Source: Candidatus Eiseniibacteriota bacterium
GTDB taxonomy: Bacteria > Eisenbacteria > RBG-16-71-46 > CAZAMP01
Reading direction: 5' to 3'
Assembly: GCA_965224245.1 (NCBI GenBank)
Contig: CBDCYW010000006.1
Coordinates: forward strand, 1-33,769
DNA: 33,769 nucleotides
A program made the translations under genes and the position numbers. Positions within the stretch are counted from its first letter, which is position 1. Each line of letters starts with the position of its first letter. The notes beneath the pieces were generated by a model. The model ran no database searches. It worked only from the letters and a program-made list of their open reading frames with translations, and had not been told where the DNA came from. Positions 1 to 7,409 of the stretch are shown here, piece by piece.

Positions 1-626
1 ACATCCCCAGCGATGAGCCGGATCGTTCCGGTACATGGTTCCACCAACCGGTCTACGTCCGGAACGAGCCCCATGGTCCGGACGAGCGCAAACGCACGAA
101 CCGGAACGCCTGGGAAGACGTCCTGCACGTGCGAGGCCGCCGCGAGAAGCGTCGCGCCCTTCGTCACGACGTCGTCGACGATCGTAATGGCCGACGGGCT
201 TCCGAGCACGGCACGAGCTTCCATCGAGCTCAGGTGCTCGTGAACGGTGGGGCGTTCCCCGGGTGCGGCCGACGCCGAGCGCTGAACCGCCTGGATCCGC
301 CAGAGGCACTTCACCGTCTCGCGGCCCAGGCCTTGGGCGACAAGCTCCTCGCAGATTCGCCAGGCAGGCCAGAGCGCCCCGCGAACGAGCGGCGCCCTTC
401 GAGGCGTCGCCACGAGTGTCACGTGCGGACCAAGGAACTCGTCGAGTCCTGCAGTCTGTAGTGTGCCGACGACGCGCTCGACGACCTTTGCGATGACCTG
501 GGACTGGTCACGTTTGATCGCGTACGTCAGGTCGCGCGACCGCTGCGAGGTCTCGGAGCGACCCCGCGGCGAGTAGACGAGGAAGGAGCCGAAGGCGACG
601 TCAGAGCGTAAGGCGGGCGGCGGCAA
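1..626 (-). CDS. Phosphoribosyltransferase (PRTase)-domain protein, 3' end cut by window edge (full copy at 21299-21940)
   Basis: Same sequence as 21315-21940; PRPP-binding motif ITIVDDVVTKGATLLAA. Confidence 0.85.
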   Translation of the reverse strand, partial: MPPPALRSDVAFGSFLVYSPRGRSETSQRSRDLTYAIKRDQSQVIAKVVERVVGTLQTAGLDEFLGPHVTLVATPRRAPLVRGALWPAWRICEELVAQGLGRETVKCLWRIQAVQRSASAAPGERPTVHEHLSSMEARAVLGSPSAITIVDDVVTKGATLLAAASHVQDVFPGVPVRAFALVRTMGLVPDVDRLVEPCTGTIRLIAGD

Positions 627-1296
627 CGTCTCGCTCGGGTAAGAACTCGAAGACCGTATCCAGGGCGTCCACGGAGGCGCCTTGCGCGCCGTACGACGCC
701 ATTTCCTGTGGCCAGCCCAACGCCTCGTCCCCGAGGAGTTCCTCCATGAGGTACAGCGGCCGACCGAGGCGGAGCGCTTCCCAGCCCTGGTGAATGGTCC
801 CGCTCTTCCCCCCTGCCTCGACGATCACGGTCGCGTGCGAGACGAGCGCCATCGTCCGGTTGCGCATCGGGAAGTTCTTGCGGCTGGCCGGTGCGCCCGG
901 TGGGAACTGGGAGACGGCCAGGTGCTCCGCCATGATGCGCTCCTGCAGCACCCTGTTCTCCGGTGGATACGTCCGATCGAGCGGCGTGCCGAGCACGGCG
1001 ATCGTGCGCCCACCGGCAGCCATCGCCCCTTCGTGCGCGGCGGTGTCGATCCCGGCGGCAAGCCCACTCACGACGACCGCGCCGCGGGCCACCAAACGCT
1101 CGGCAAGTGTTCGTGCGCGCTCCACGCCAGCCGCTGATGCGCGCCGCGAGCCGACGATGGACACCCGGGCCCCCTGGCGGAGAACACCGATGTCGCCCGC
1201 TACGAACAACGAGCGCGGCGCGTTCTTCTGCTCGACTTGGTTCAGCGGACCGAGCAGCGTCTCTGGCGTGTGTTCCTCAAACTGTCTCGTCATCAT
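601..1296 (-). CDS. dprA: DprA/Smf-like protein (Rossmann/SLOG core only), paired with PRTase
   Basis: Motifs SIVGSRRAS, VSGLAAGIDTAAH, IAVLGT, FPMRNRTM, VEAGGKSGT; 231 aa, lacking the extra N- and C-terminal domains of competence DprA; overlaps the PRTase start. Confidence 0.9.
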   Translation of the reverse strand: MMTRQFEEHTPETLLGPLNQVEQKNAPRSLFVAGDIGVLRQGARVSIVGSRRASAAGVERARTLAERLVARGAVVVSGLAAGIDTAAHEGAMAAGGRTIAVLGTPLDRTYPPENRVLQERIMAEHLAVSQFPPGAPASRKNFPMRNRTMALVSHATVIVEAGGKSGTIHQGWEALRLGRPLYLMEELLGDEALGWPQEMASYGAQGASVDALDTVFEFLPERDVAAARLTL

Positions 1297-1483
1297 GGGT
1301 CTTCCTCACTTGGTTTCATAGTGCCCCATCTTCGCTGTTTCGGGAAGTCCCGCGTCAAGAGCCCATAAGCAACCTCCGGATCCTGGTCGAAAGCTACTTG
1401 GAGGCTTATACATACCCCCGAAGCCCGTCGACGACCGGCAGCATCGCTCCGCATCTTCGACCCCTCATGATGGAGGTCGCCAG

Positions 1484-2497
1484 ATGACCCTCTTCCGCCT
1501 GCACGCGTACAGCGTCAGTCCTCAGCGGACCACCGATGCCGTCGTCGAGCCGCCCGGCGGCGCCGTGAATGTCACGGCGGAGTTGCGGCAGGTCCTTGAG
1601 GAGAACACTCGCCGCGCTCGTTTTCCGAGCTGTACGGAGGTCCACTTCAACGTGGACGCTACCACCCGCACGACCCAGACGCGCGACGACATCATGTCCT
1701 ACGCGTTCGGCGAATCCGCCACGGCCAAGGCCGCTGCGGTGCGACTCGCGACGCGGCTCGCCGGGGCGATGGATTTGCGCTCTACGCACGCCCTCTTTGT
1801 TCTCGCCGCCGATCGCGACGACGACCGTCGCCGTGTCTCACTCTGGACGTTCCCGCAGGACGACGCGTTCCAGTTCCGGAACCGGCGTTCCGGCCCTACG
1901 ATCCGGTTGCTCACCGACGTGTTCAGCCAGTCTTCCCGTCTTCGCAAAGGCGCGCAGTTTCATGGTCGCAAGCTGCGGAACCACTTCCTCACCGGCCGCG
2001 TCCTCGACTTCCAGGCAAGCCACCCGTTTCGGGCCGTCGCGGACTTCTGGATTACGCACTTCCTCGATTGCTCACTCGCGATGGGCAACGATAGCGGCAC
2101 GAAGCTCCTTGCACGCACCCTCCAGAAGGCGCACCAAACGTGTGAGGATCTGGTACAGCGGGAGCAGCTGTACCTCGCGGCGATGCAGATGCGACGATCT
2201 ACTCGGAAGCGCATCTCCCTCTTTGGCTTCGCTGATCGGTACCTCGACGGCGACGCGAAGGCCACGTTTCTTGGCGCCGCGCCGACTCCGGATGCGATCC
2301 ACGCCGCCTTCGAGTTTCAGACGTCGGTGTTCGACGAGGTCATCAGCTTCCGGATCTTCGAGCTCGACAACGGCGTGTACGTCTCCTCTCCCCTGACGGA
2401 GATCGGAGAGTCCGTGAAGGTCACTGGAATCGCAGAGAAGAAGCTCTCGTGCAAAGGGACCATCGTCGACGAGAAGATGAGGACCCGACATGCCTGA
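1484..2497 (+). CDS. 337-aa protein, probable YejK/NdpA (NA37) nucleoid-associated-family homolog
   Basis: GGAGG RBS upstream; segment VADFWITHFLDC and C-terminus EIGESVKV..LSCKGT resemble YejK as I recall it, and the size matches. The CDS is solid; the family is tentative. Confidence 0.6.
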   Translation: MTLFRLHAYSVSPQRTTDAVVEPPGGAVNVTAELRQVLEENTRRARFPSCTEVHFNVDATTRTTQTRDDIMSYAFGESATAKAAAVRLATRLAGAMDLRSTHALFVLAADRDDDRRRVSLWTFPQDDAFQFRNRRSGPTIRLLTDVFSQSSRLRKGAQFHGRKLRNHFLTGRVLDFQASHPFRAVADFWITHFLDCSLAMGNDSGTKLLARTLQKAHQTCEDLVQREQLYLAAMQMRRSTRKRISLFGFADRYLDGDAKATFLGAAPTPDAIHAAFEFQTSVFDEVISFRIFELDNGVYVSSPLTEIGESVKVTGIAEKKLSCKGTIVDEKMRTRHA

Positions 2498-3110
2498 AGA
2501 CGACCTGAAGCGCCGGTACGAAGCTCGCCTCTCGGTGCTCGAGGAGCTCCAGACCCGGCTCGATGCGGAGACCCAGGACGCACTCCGCGGTCTCCCTCAC
2601 ATCGATCGCATCGCCTTCCGGGTCAAAGGTCCAGACTCGTTTGCCACCAAGGCGCACGATCCGGAGACGGATCCGCCGTACACGGATCCACTCGTCGAGA
2701 TCGAGGACCAGGTTGCCGGTCGTGTGATCGTCTTCTTCCTCGACGACATCGAACGCGTCGAGGATCGTCTCCGCGGAACGTTCTCGACCGTCGAGCGCGC
2801 TCACCGCCACCCTGAGCGGGACGAAGAGTTCGGGTACGAGTCTCGGCACTTCATCTACTCCATCCCGCCTCACCTCACTCCGAGCGGGTGGACTGATCGT
2901 GACGATGTTCCCACGACCTTCGAGCTGCAGATCCGCACGATCATGATGCACGCGTACGCGGAGCCGCAGCATAACCTCGCGTACAAGAGCGCGACCGACC
3001 TCCCGCAGGACATTCGGCGCGAGCTCGCGTGGATTGCGGCTTCAGCCTGGGGCGCCGACCAGGCCTACGAGCGCATACGGAAGTGGCACACGGACTCGAA
3101 TCACGACTAA
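2490..3110 (+). CDS. RelA/SpoT-family small alarmone synthetase-like nucleotidyltransferase (single domain)
   Basis: Synthetase motifs RVKGPDSF.K, EDQVAGRVI, GYESRH, FELQIRT, HNLAYK; 8-nt overlap with the upstream gene. Confidence 0.88.
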   Translation: MPEDDLKRRYEARLSVLEELQTRLDAETQDALRGLPHIDRIAFRVKGPDSFATKAHDPETDPPYTDPLVEIEDQVAGRVIVFFLDDIERVEDRLRGTFSTVERAHRHPERDEEFGYESRHFIYSIPPHLTPSGWTDRDDVPTTFELQIRTIMMHAYAEPQHNLAYKSATDLPQDIRRELAWIAASAWGADQAYERIRKWHTDSNHD

Positions 3111-3129
3111 CGTTCGCGTCCGAGCCCAC

Positions 3130-3149
3130 GAGTTTCGCCGGCGAAACTC
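3130..3149. promoter_or_regulatory. Perfect 20-bp palindrome GAGTTTCGCCGGCGAAACTC, candidate parS centromere site 1
   Basis: Perfect palindrome upstream of the par operon; the same 20-mer occurs inside parB (4929-4948). Confidence 0.65.
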
Positions 3150-3232
3150 ACCACGAAGCCGCTGCGAATGCGTGCGATTCGTGGAGCGCGAAGAAGAAAA
3201 TCGCCCTCGCCAGACCTGCGCCGCTTTCCGAC

Positions 3233-3241
3233 TTATCCACA
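3233..3241 (+). promoter_or_regulatory. Consensus DnaA box TTATCCACA
   Basis: Exact match to the canonical 9-mer, in an intergenic region of a GC-rich replicon. Confidence 0.6.
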
Positions 3242-3242
3242 G

Positions 3243-3272
3243 TTGCCGTCACATGCCCCTAGATGCTATGGT
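3243..3272 (+). promoter_or_regulatory. Candidate sigma70 promoter of the HTH-parA-parB operon
   Basis: TTGCCG (3243-3248), 18-nt spacer, extended -10 TG-c-TATGGT (3264-3272), 35 nt before ATG 3308. Confidence 0.45.
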
Positions 3273-3307
3273 GCCCGCCAGGGACTACCCACGGGGGCCG
3301 TAACCAC

Positions 3308-3538
3308 ATGACCAACAAGAAGTTGCACAGCACTACCGAGGTCGCAGAGCGCGCCGGCGTGAGCCGGGACACGCTGCTGCGCTGGCTCAAAGCCGGGAAG
3401 ATCCCGGAGCCAGGTCGCAATCGAAACGGCTGGCGAGTCTTCACCGAGAAGGAAGCGCGGGCGGTTGAGGAGTACGCCAACCGCTACACTCCGAGCCCGC
3501 GCCGGCGTCAGGGGCATCTCTTTCGTAAGGCGAACTAG
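3308..3538 (+). CDS. MerR/excisionase-type helix-turn-helix DNA-binding protein (76 aa)
   Basis: STTEVAERAGVSRDTLLRWLKAGKIPEPGRNRNGWRVFT; ends 2 nt before parA. Start chosen at ATG 3308 rather than 3263. Confidence 0.85.
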   Translation: MTNKKLHSTTEVAERAGVSRDTLLRWLKAGKIPEPGRNRNGWRVFTEKEARAVEEYANRYTPSPRRRQGHLFRKAN

Positions 3539-3540
3539 CG

Positions 3541-4332
3541 ATGTCCCCCCGCATCATCGCGGTCACCAACAACAAGGGTGGCGTCGGAAAGACGCACACG
3601 GTCTTTCACCTCTCCGGCGCGTTCGCGGAGCAAGGGAAGCGGGTCCTCGTCGTGGACCTCGACCCGCAGGGCAACCTCACGAGTCTCCTGCTCCCGAACC
3701 GCGAGCGCCCCGGCACGCTCTTCGACGTCCTCGTGGAAGACGTCCCGCTCGCGCAGACGGTACACGCCACCGAGTTCGACGGCATCTCCATCGTGCCGTC
3801 GACGCCGCAGCTCGAGAACCTCGACGCGTTCCTCCAGAACGAGCCTGACGCGCAGATCCGGCTCGCCGACGCGCTACAGGAACTCGCGCACGGCGACGCC
3901 GAGCCGTTCGACGTGATTCTCCTCGACTGCCCGCCGAGCCTCGCGCTCACGACGCGGAGCGCGCTCGCCGCGGCGCGGCACGTCCTGATCCCGCTCGAAG
4001 CGGACAAGTTCTCGGTCGAAGGCCTCGACCGGCTCGTCCGCGCGATCCAGTCGCTCAAGCGAGCAGTGAACCCGCACCTCGAGATCGCCGGGATCCTCAT
4101 CAGCCTCTTCAAGGAGCGGCGGACGATCGAGAACCTCTACGCCGAAGCTCTCGGTGACCGGGCCATCCACGTCTTCGAAACGCGCATCAAGGACTCGACC
4201 AAGTACCGGGAGGCGATCACCGCCCGGCGGCCCATCACGCACTACAAGCCGACGTCGGAGTTCGCCGACGCCTTCCGGAACCTCACCCGTGAACTCGAGC
4301 AGGCCTATGCCACCCGAACCCAAGAAGCGTAA
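3541..4332 (+). CDS. parA: ParA/Soj-family partition ATPase
   Basis: Deviant Walker A KGGVGKT, VDLDPQGN, Walker B ILLDCPPSL. Confidence 0.95.
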   Translation: MSPRIIAVTNNKGGVGKTHTVFHLSGAFAEQGKRVLVVDLDPQGNLTSLLLPNRERPGTLFDVLVEDVPLAQTVHATEFDGISIVPSTPQLENLDAFLQNEPDAQIRLADALQELAHGDAEPFDVILLDCPPSLALTTRSALAAARHVLIPLEADKFSVEGLDRLVRAIQSLKRAVNPHLEIAGILISLFKERRTIENLYAEALGDRAIHVFETRIKDSTKYREAITARRPITHYKPTSEFADAFRNLTRELEQAYATRTQEA

Positions 4333-5239
4333 GACCGCCCGGGACCGCCTGGGGGGCATGGTCGACAAGACCGTCAGCGTCCTCGACGAGGAACGGAGCA
4401 TCGAGGAGCCGGCCTTCGAGCACACGATCGAGAGCGCGGAAGTGCGGGCCGCGCTCCGACGGAACCGGCAGTACGGCGACCTGCCGCTCAAGGTCATCGA
4501 GGCCGACCCGGAGCAGGTCCGGAAGGTCGACACCACGAGCGAGGCGTTCGCGGAGTTCGCCGGGTCCATCCGCGAGCACGGCGTGCTCGAACCCATCACG
4601 GTCCGCTGGATCGCCGAGCGCGAGGTCTTCCAGGTCGTGACCGGCGAGCGCCGGTTCCGGGCGGCCCAGGTCGTCGGGCTGGAGATGATCCCCGCCATCG
4701 TCCGCGAGTTGAGCGACACCACGAAGGCGATCCACCAGCTCGTCGAGAACATCCAGCGCGAGGACATGAACCCCATCGACGAGGCCAAGGCCTTCCGGCG
4801 CTACCTCGCCGCCACCGGCGGCACGCAGGAGGCCCTCGCCAAGGCGGTGGGGAAGAGCAAGGCCTACGTTTCGCAAATCATGAGCCTCCTCGAGAAGCTC
4901 ACCCGGGAGGAGCAGGACGACCTCTCGGGAGTTTCGCCGGCGAAACTCCCCGGGAAATCGCTGATTCTAGAGGCGATCCGGATCCCCGACCCGGAAATTC
5001 GGCGGTCGGTCCTCCGCGGCGAGCTCACCCGGGACCAGGCACGGAAGCAGGTCCCCCGGCCTTCGAAGGCCCCGCAGCGCGGGCGCCCGAAGCATGCCTC
5101 AAAGAGCTTCAGCGTCGACGACCCACCAGCCACCGTGACCGTCCGGCTGAAGACCGGGACCCTGGACGAGGATGCCGTCCTCCGGGCGATCCAGGCCGCT
5201 CTGCGGCAGCAGCGGAAGCAGTCGAAGAGCCAGTCATGA
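4307..5239 (+). CDS. parB: ParB/Spo0J-family partition CTPase with HTH (~310 aa)
   Basis: SIREHGVLEPITVR, VVTGERRFRAA (GxxR motif), ENIQREDMNPIDEA, HTH TQEALAKAVGKSKAYVSQ; start ATG 4307 overlaps the parA end. Confidence 0.95.
   Translation: MPPEPKKRKTARDRLGGMVDKTVSVLDEERSIEEPAFEHTIESAEVRAALRRNRQYGDLPLKVIEADPEQVRKVDTTSEAFAEFAGSIREHGVLEPITVRWIAEREVFQVVTGERRFRAAQVVGLEMIPAIVRELSDTTKAIHQLVENIQREDMNPIDEAKAFRRYLAATGGTQEALAKAVGKSKAYVSQIMSLLEKLTREEQDDLSGVSPAKLPGKSLILEAIRIPDPEIRRSVLRGELTRDQARKQVPRPSKAPQRGRPKHASKSFSVDDPPATVTVRLKTGTLDEDAVLRAIQAALRQQRKQSKSQS
4927..4950. promoter_or_regulatory. 24-bp palindrome GGGAGTTTCGCCGGCGAAACTCCC inside parB, candidate parS site 2
   Basis: Perfect palindrome sharing a 20-bp core with 3130-3149. 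Confidence 0.65.
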
Positions 5240-5252
5240 CCCCGATCCGAGC

Positions 5253-5362
5253 AAGGGCTGTTGTGTTAGTAGAAAAGGGCTGTCGTGTTAGAAAACAAGG
5301 GCTGTTGTGGAAGCGAATCAGGGCTGTCGTGTTAGAAAACAAGGGCTGTTGTGTCAGAAAAT
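5253..5362 (+). repeat. Five tandem 22-bp iterons (consensus AAGGGCTGTYGTGTTAGAAAAC), probable oriV
   Basis: Units start at 5253, 5275, 5297, 5319 and 5341 with exact 22-bp period and no spacers; followed by an AT-rich tract and the rep gene. Confidence 0.9.
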
Positions 5363-5389
5363 CGCAGCTAAGCCGCTGCCACTAGCCAA

Positions 5390-5430
5390 GTTATCGCATG
5401 CCTAATATTCTTACTGTATTAACTTACTCA
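5390..5430. other. AT-rich tract next to the iterons, candidate DNA-unwinding element
   Basis: cctaatattcttactgtattaacttact in an otherwise GC-rich replicon; followed by IR CACACAC/GTGTGTG (5431-5437/5447-5453). Confidence 0.6.
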
Positions 5431-5482
5431 CACACACGGGAAGCAGGTGTGTGCGTTGACTGATCACGAAGACCCCAGACCC

Positions 5483-7126
5483 ATGCCGCAGCATCCGAAG
5501 GAGGATCGAACCCACGTCGTCGTCGCGAACCCCCTGGAGGGGATCTCGCCGAAGCTCATGCGCGAGGCAAACCTCCTGCGCCTCCCGACCTTTCCGCTCC
5601 AGAAGCGTCTCTCGTCCCGCTTCCGTTCCGACAACCACTCCGGGTTCTTCCGGCACCAGATCGAACGGCCGTCGCGGCCCGACGGCAAGGCGGGGCCGGC
5701 GGTCTGGCGCGTCGAGGGACCGGTCCGGCCAGCGGACAAGTCCACGTTCGTCGGCGTCGAGTCCTACCTCCGCCACCGCTTCCGGGACGCGGCCGTGCCG
5801 CGGCTCGTCGAGGTCGAGAAGATCGGACCGGTGCTGCGCCACATGGGCATTCGCGTGCCCGGCAAGCGCGACATCCAGGGCTTCGCCGAGAGCGTCCACA
5901 GGATCGTCGGCACGACCCTGTACTCCGCTGGCTTCTGGAGGGGGTTCCGGGCCGACCGCGAGAGCGGCCGCGAGGAGGAGTTCTACGTGACGGCGAGCTT
6001 CCACCTCTACGACGCCGCGTACTTCAAGGGCGACCCGCTTCCCGACGGATCCTACCTGGCCCGGGGCATGGTGCTGCGGTTGAGCGACGAGTACCTCGCG
6101 AGCCTGAACACGGCCAAGGTGATCCCGCTCGACTACGACCTCTGGATGAGCCTCCGCAGCACGTCCTCGCCGGGGAAGAAGGGGCTCGAGGGGAACTACG
6201 TCGCCCGCCGGCTCCTCGAGATCCTCTCGCCGAAGTTCTACGGCATGGTCCTCTCGCACGGCACGCACCTGCAGCAGGACTACGACGAGCTCTGCGAGTA
6301 CCTGCCGCTCGAACCCCGAGGCTACCTGTCCCAGGCGAAGGCCAGCCTCCAGACGGCCCACGAGTACCTCGTGAAGCGGCGCTTCCTCGGCCAGGAGCCC
6401 GAGTGGGAGTGGACCGCCCAGCGCCGGCGGCTGGTATACGCGCCCGGCGACCGGTACTACGATTTCCACCACGGCCAGCAGATCCGGCTCTTCGAGGGTG
6501 GTGAGGAGGCCGGCGGGACCGAGGAGAAACCCCGCACCGCGGCTGCGACCGAGCAGCACCCGGAGCCCGTGCTCGTGGACGAGCTCGTCCGCCGGGGCTT
6601 CGAGCCGCGCCAGGACGCCGAGACCTACGTGCGGACGCAGGCCGAGGAAGTCCGCCGGCAGCTCCCCTGGTTCGACTACGAGCTCGAGCGCCAGGGCGAT
6701 CGGATCCAGAGCCCGGGCGCCTGGCTTCGGAAGCGGATCGACCGCCGCATGGGCAAGCCCAGGGGCTACGTCAGCCCCGAGGAGGTCGCGGCGAAGCGCC
6801 GGCGAGTGGAAGCCGATCGAGACGCGAAGCGCCGGGCCGCCGCCGAGGAGGACGACCGTCGGGTGAACTGGTGGAAGTACCAGACCCCGGAGGAGAAGGC
6901 GCGGTCCTACATCGACGGGGTGTGGCTGTTCCGCTGGAAGAACAAGCACGGCTACGACCGCGAACCGAGCCAAGCCGAAAGGGACGAGGCCTACCAGACC
7001 CAGATTCGCAAGCTCGAAGTCGAGGCCAAGGCCCAACGGGCCGCGTACCGGCAAGAAACTGGCCAGGTTCCACCAGAGCCACCAGGACGCACGGAGAGCG
7101 CCGTTTCGGTTCCGGACAGGGGTTGA
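5483..7126 (+). CDS. Plasmid replication initiator protein (RepA/RPA- or TrfA-like winged-helix type, divergent)
   Basis: Directly downstream of the iterons; N-terminal EANLLRLPTFPL resembles the E.NL..P.F.L start of iteron Rep initiators; strong GC3 bias. Start (5447 GTG vs 5483 ATG) uncertain. Confidence 0.7.
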   Translation: MPQHPKEDRTHVVVANPLEGISPKLMREANLLRLPTFPLQKRLSSRFRSDNHSGFFRHQIERPSRPDGKAGPAVWRVEGPVRPADKSTFVGVESYLRHRFRDAAVPRLVEVEKIGPVLRHMGIRVPGKRDIQGFAESVHRIVGTTLYSAGFWRGFRADRESGREEEFYVTASFHLYDAAYFKGDPLPDGSYLARGMVLRLSDEYLASLNTAKVIPLDYDLWMSLRSTSSPGKKGLEGNYVARRLLEILSPKFYGMVLSHGTHLQQDYDELCEYLPLEPRGYLSQAKASLQTAHEYLVKRRFLGQEPEWEWTAQRRRLVYAPGDRYYDFHHGQQIRLFEGGEEAGGTEEKPRTAAATEQHPEPVLVDELVRRGFEPRQDAETYVRTQAEEVRRQLPWFDYELERQGDRIQSPGAWLRKRIDRRMGKPRGYVSPEEVAAKRRRVEADRDAKRRAAAEEDDRRVNWWKYQTPEEKARSYIDGVWLFRWKNKHGYDREPSQAERDEAYQTQIRKLEVEAKAQRAAYRQETGQVPPEPPGRTESAVSVPDRG

Positions 7127-7208
7127 CCCGTCCTGGACCCCGAAACGCGCTCCTGGACCCCTCCACGCAACGCAGCGAAGCCCTCACGGATCCACCACGC
7201 CTCACCCC

Positions 7209-7409
7209 ATGTCCCTCGATGCCTACACCGCATGGATCTTCACGGTCGGCGCTCTGACTGGTCTCGGTGTGGTCGCCTTGGGCTACGCCACCTACCAGCA
7301 GGTCTGGATCCTGCGCTATCTGCGCCGCCGGCGCCGAGGCCGTCGGCACCGGGGAGGAGAGGGTTGGTTCGGCCCACCCCGCCCTCCAGACAGAACGCGT
7401 CTCGGCTAG
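7209..7409 (+). CDS. Small single-pass membrane protein (66 aa)
   Basis: Hydrophobic stretch AWIFTVGALTGLGVVALGYA followed by an Arg-rich tail (positive-inside pattern). Confidence 0.5.
   Translation: MSLDAYTAWIFTVGALTGLGVVALGYATYQQVWILRYLRRRRRGRRHRGGEGWFGPPRPPDRTRLG

Noticed and set aside
1-1296. dprA + PRTase as natural-competence genes (dprA/comF)
   Set aside because: DprA lacks accessory domains, the PRTase has no ComF zinc-finger cysteines, and the context is a plasmid defence cluster.
3105-3250. Integron attC site after the synthetase (stop within CTAAC) with the recombinase as IntI
   Set aside because: No matching GTTRRRY at a suitable distance; the recombinase is too short and lacks the IntI-specific insertion.
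5253-5362. Tandem repeats as a CRISPR or guide-RNA array
   Set aside because: 22-bp units are contiguous with no unique spacers, there are no cas genes, and the position before an AT-rich tract and rep fits iterons.
5411-7054. 547-aa minus-strand ORF (and similar shadows at 16865-18412, 3874-4788, 19367-20290)
   Set aside because: Antisense to well-supported genes; typical high-GC shadow frames without motifs.
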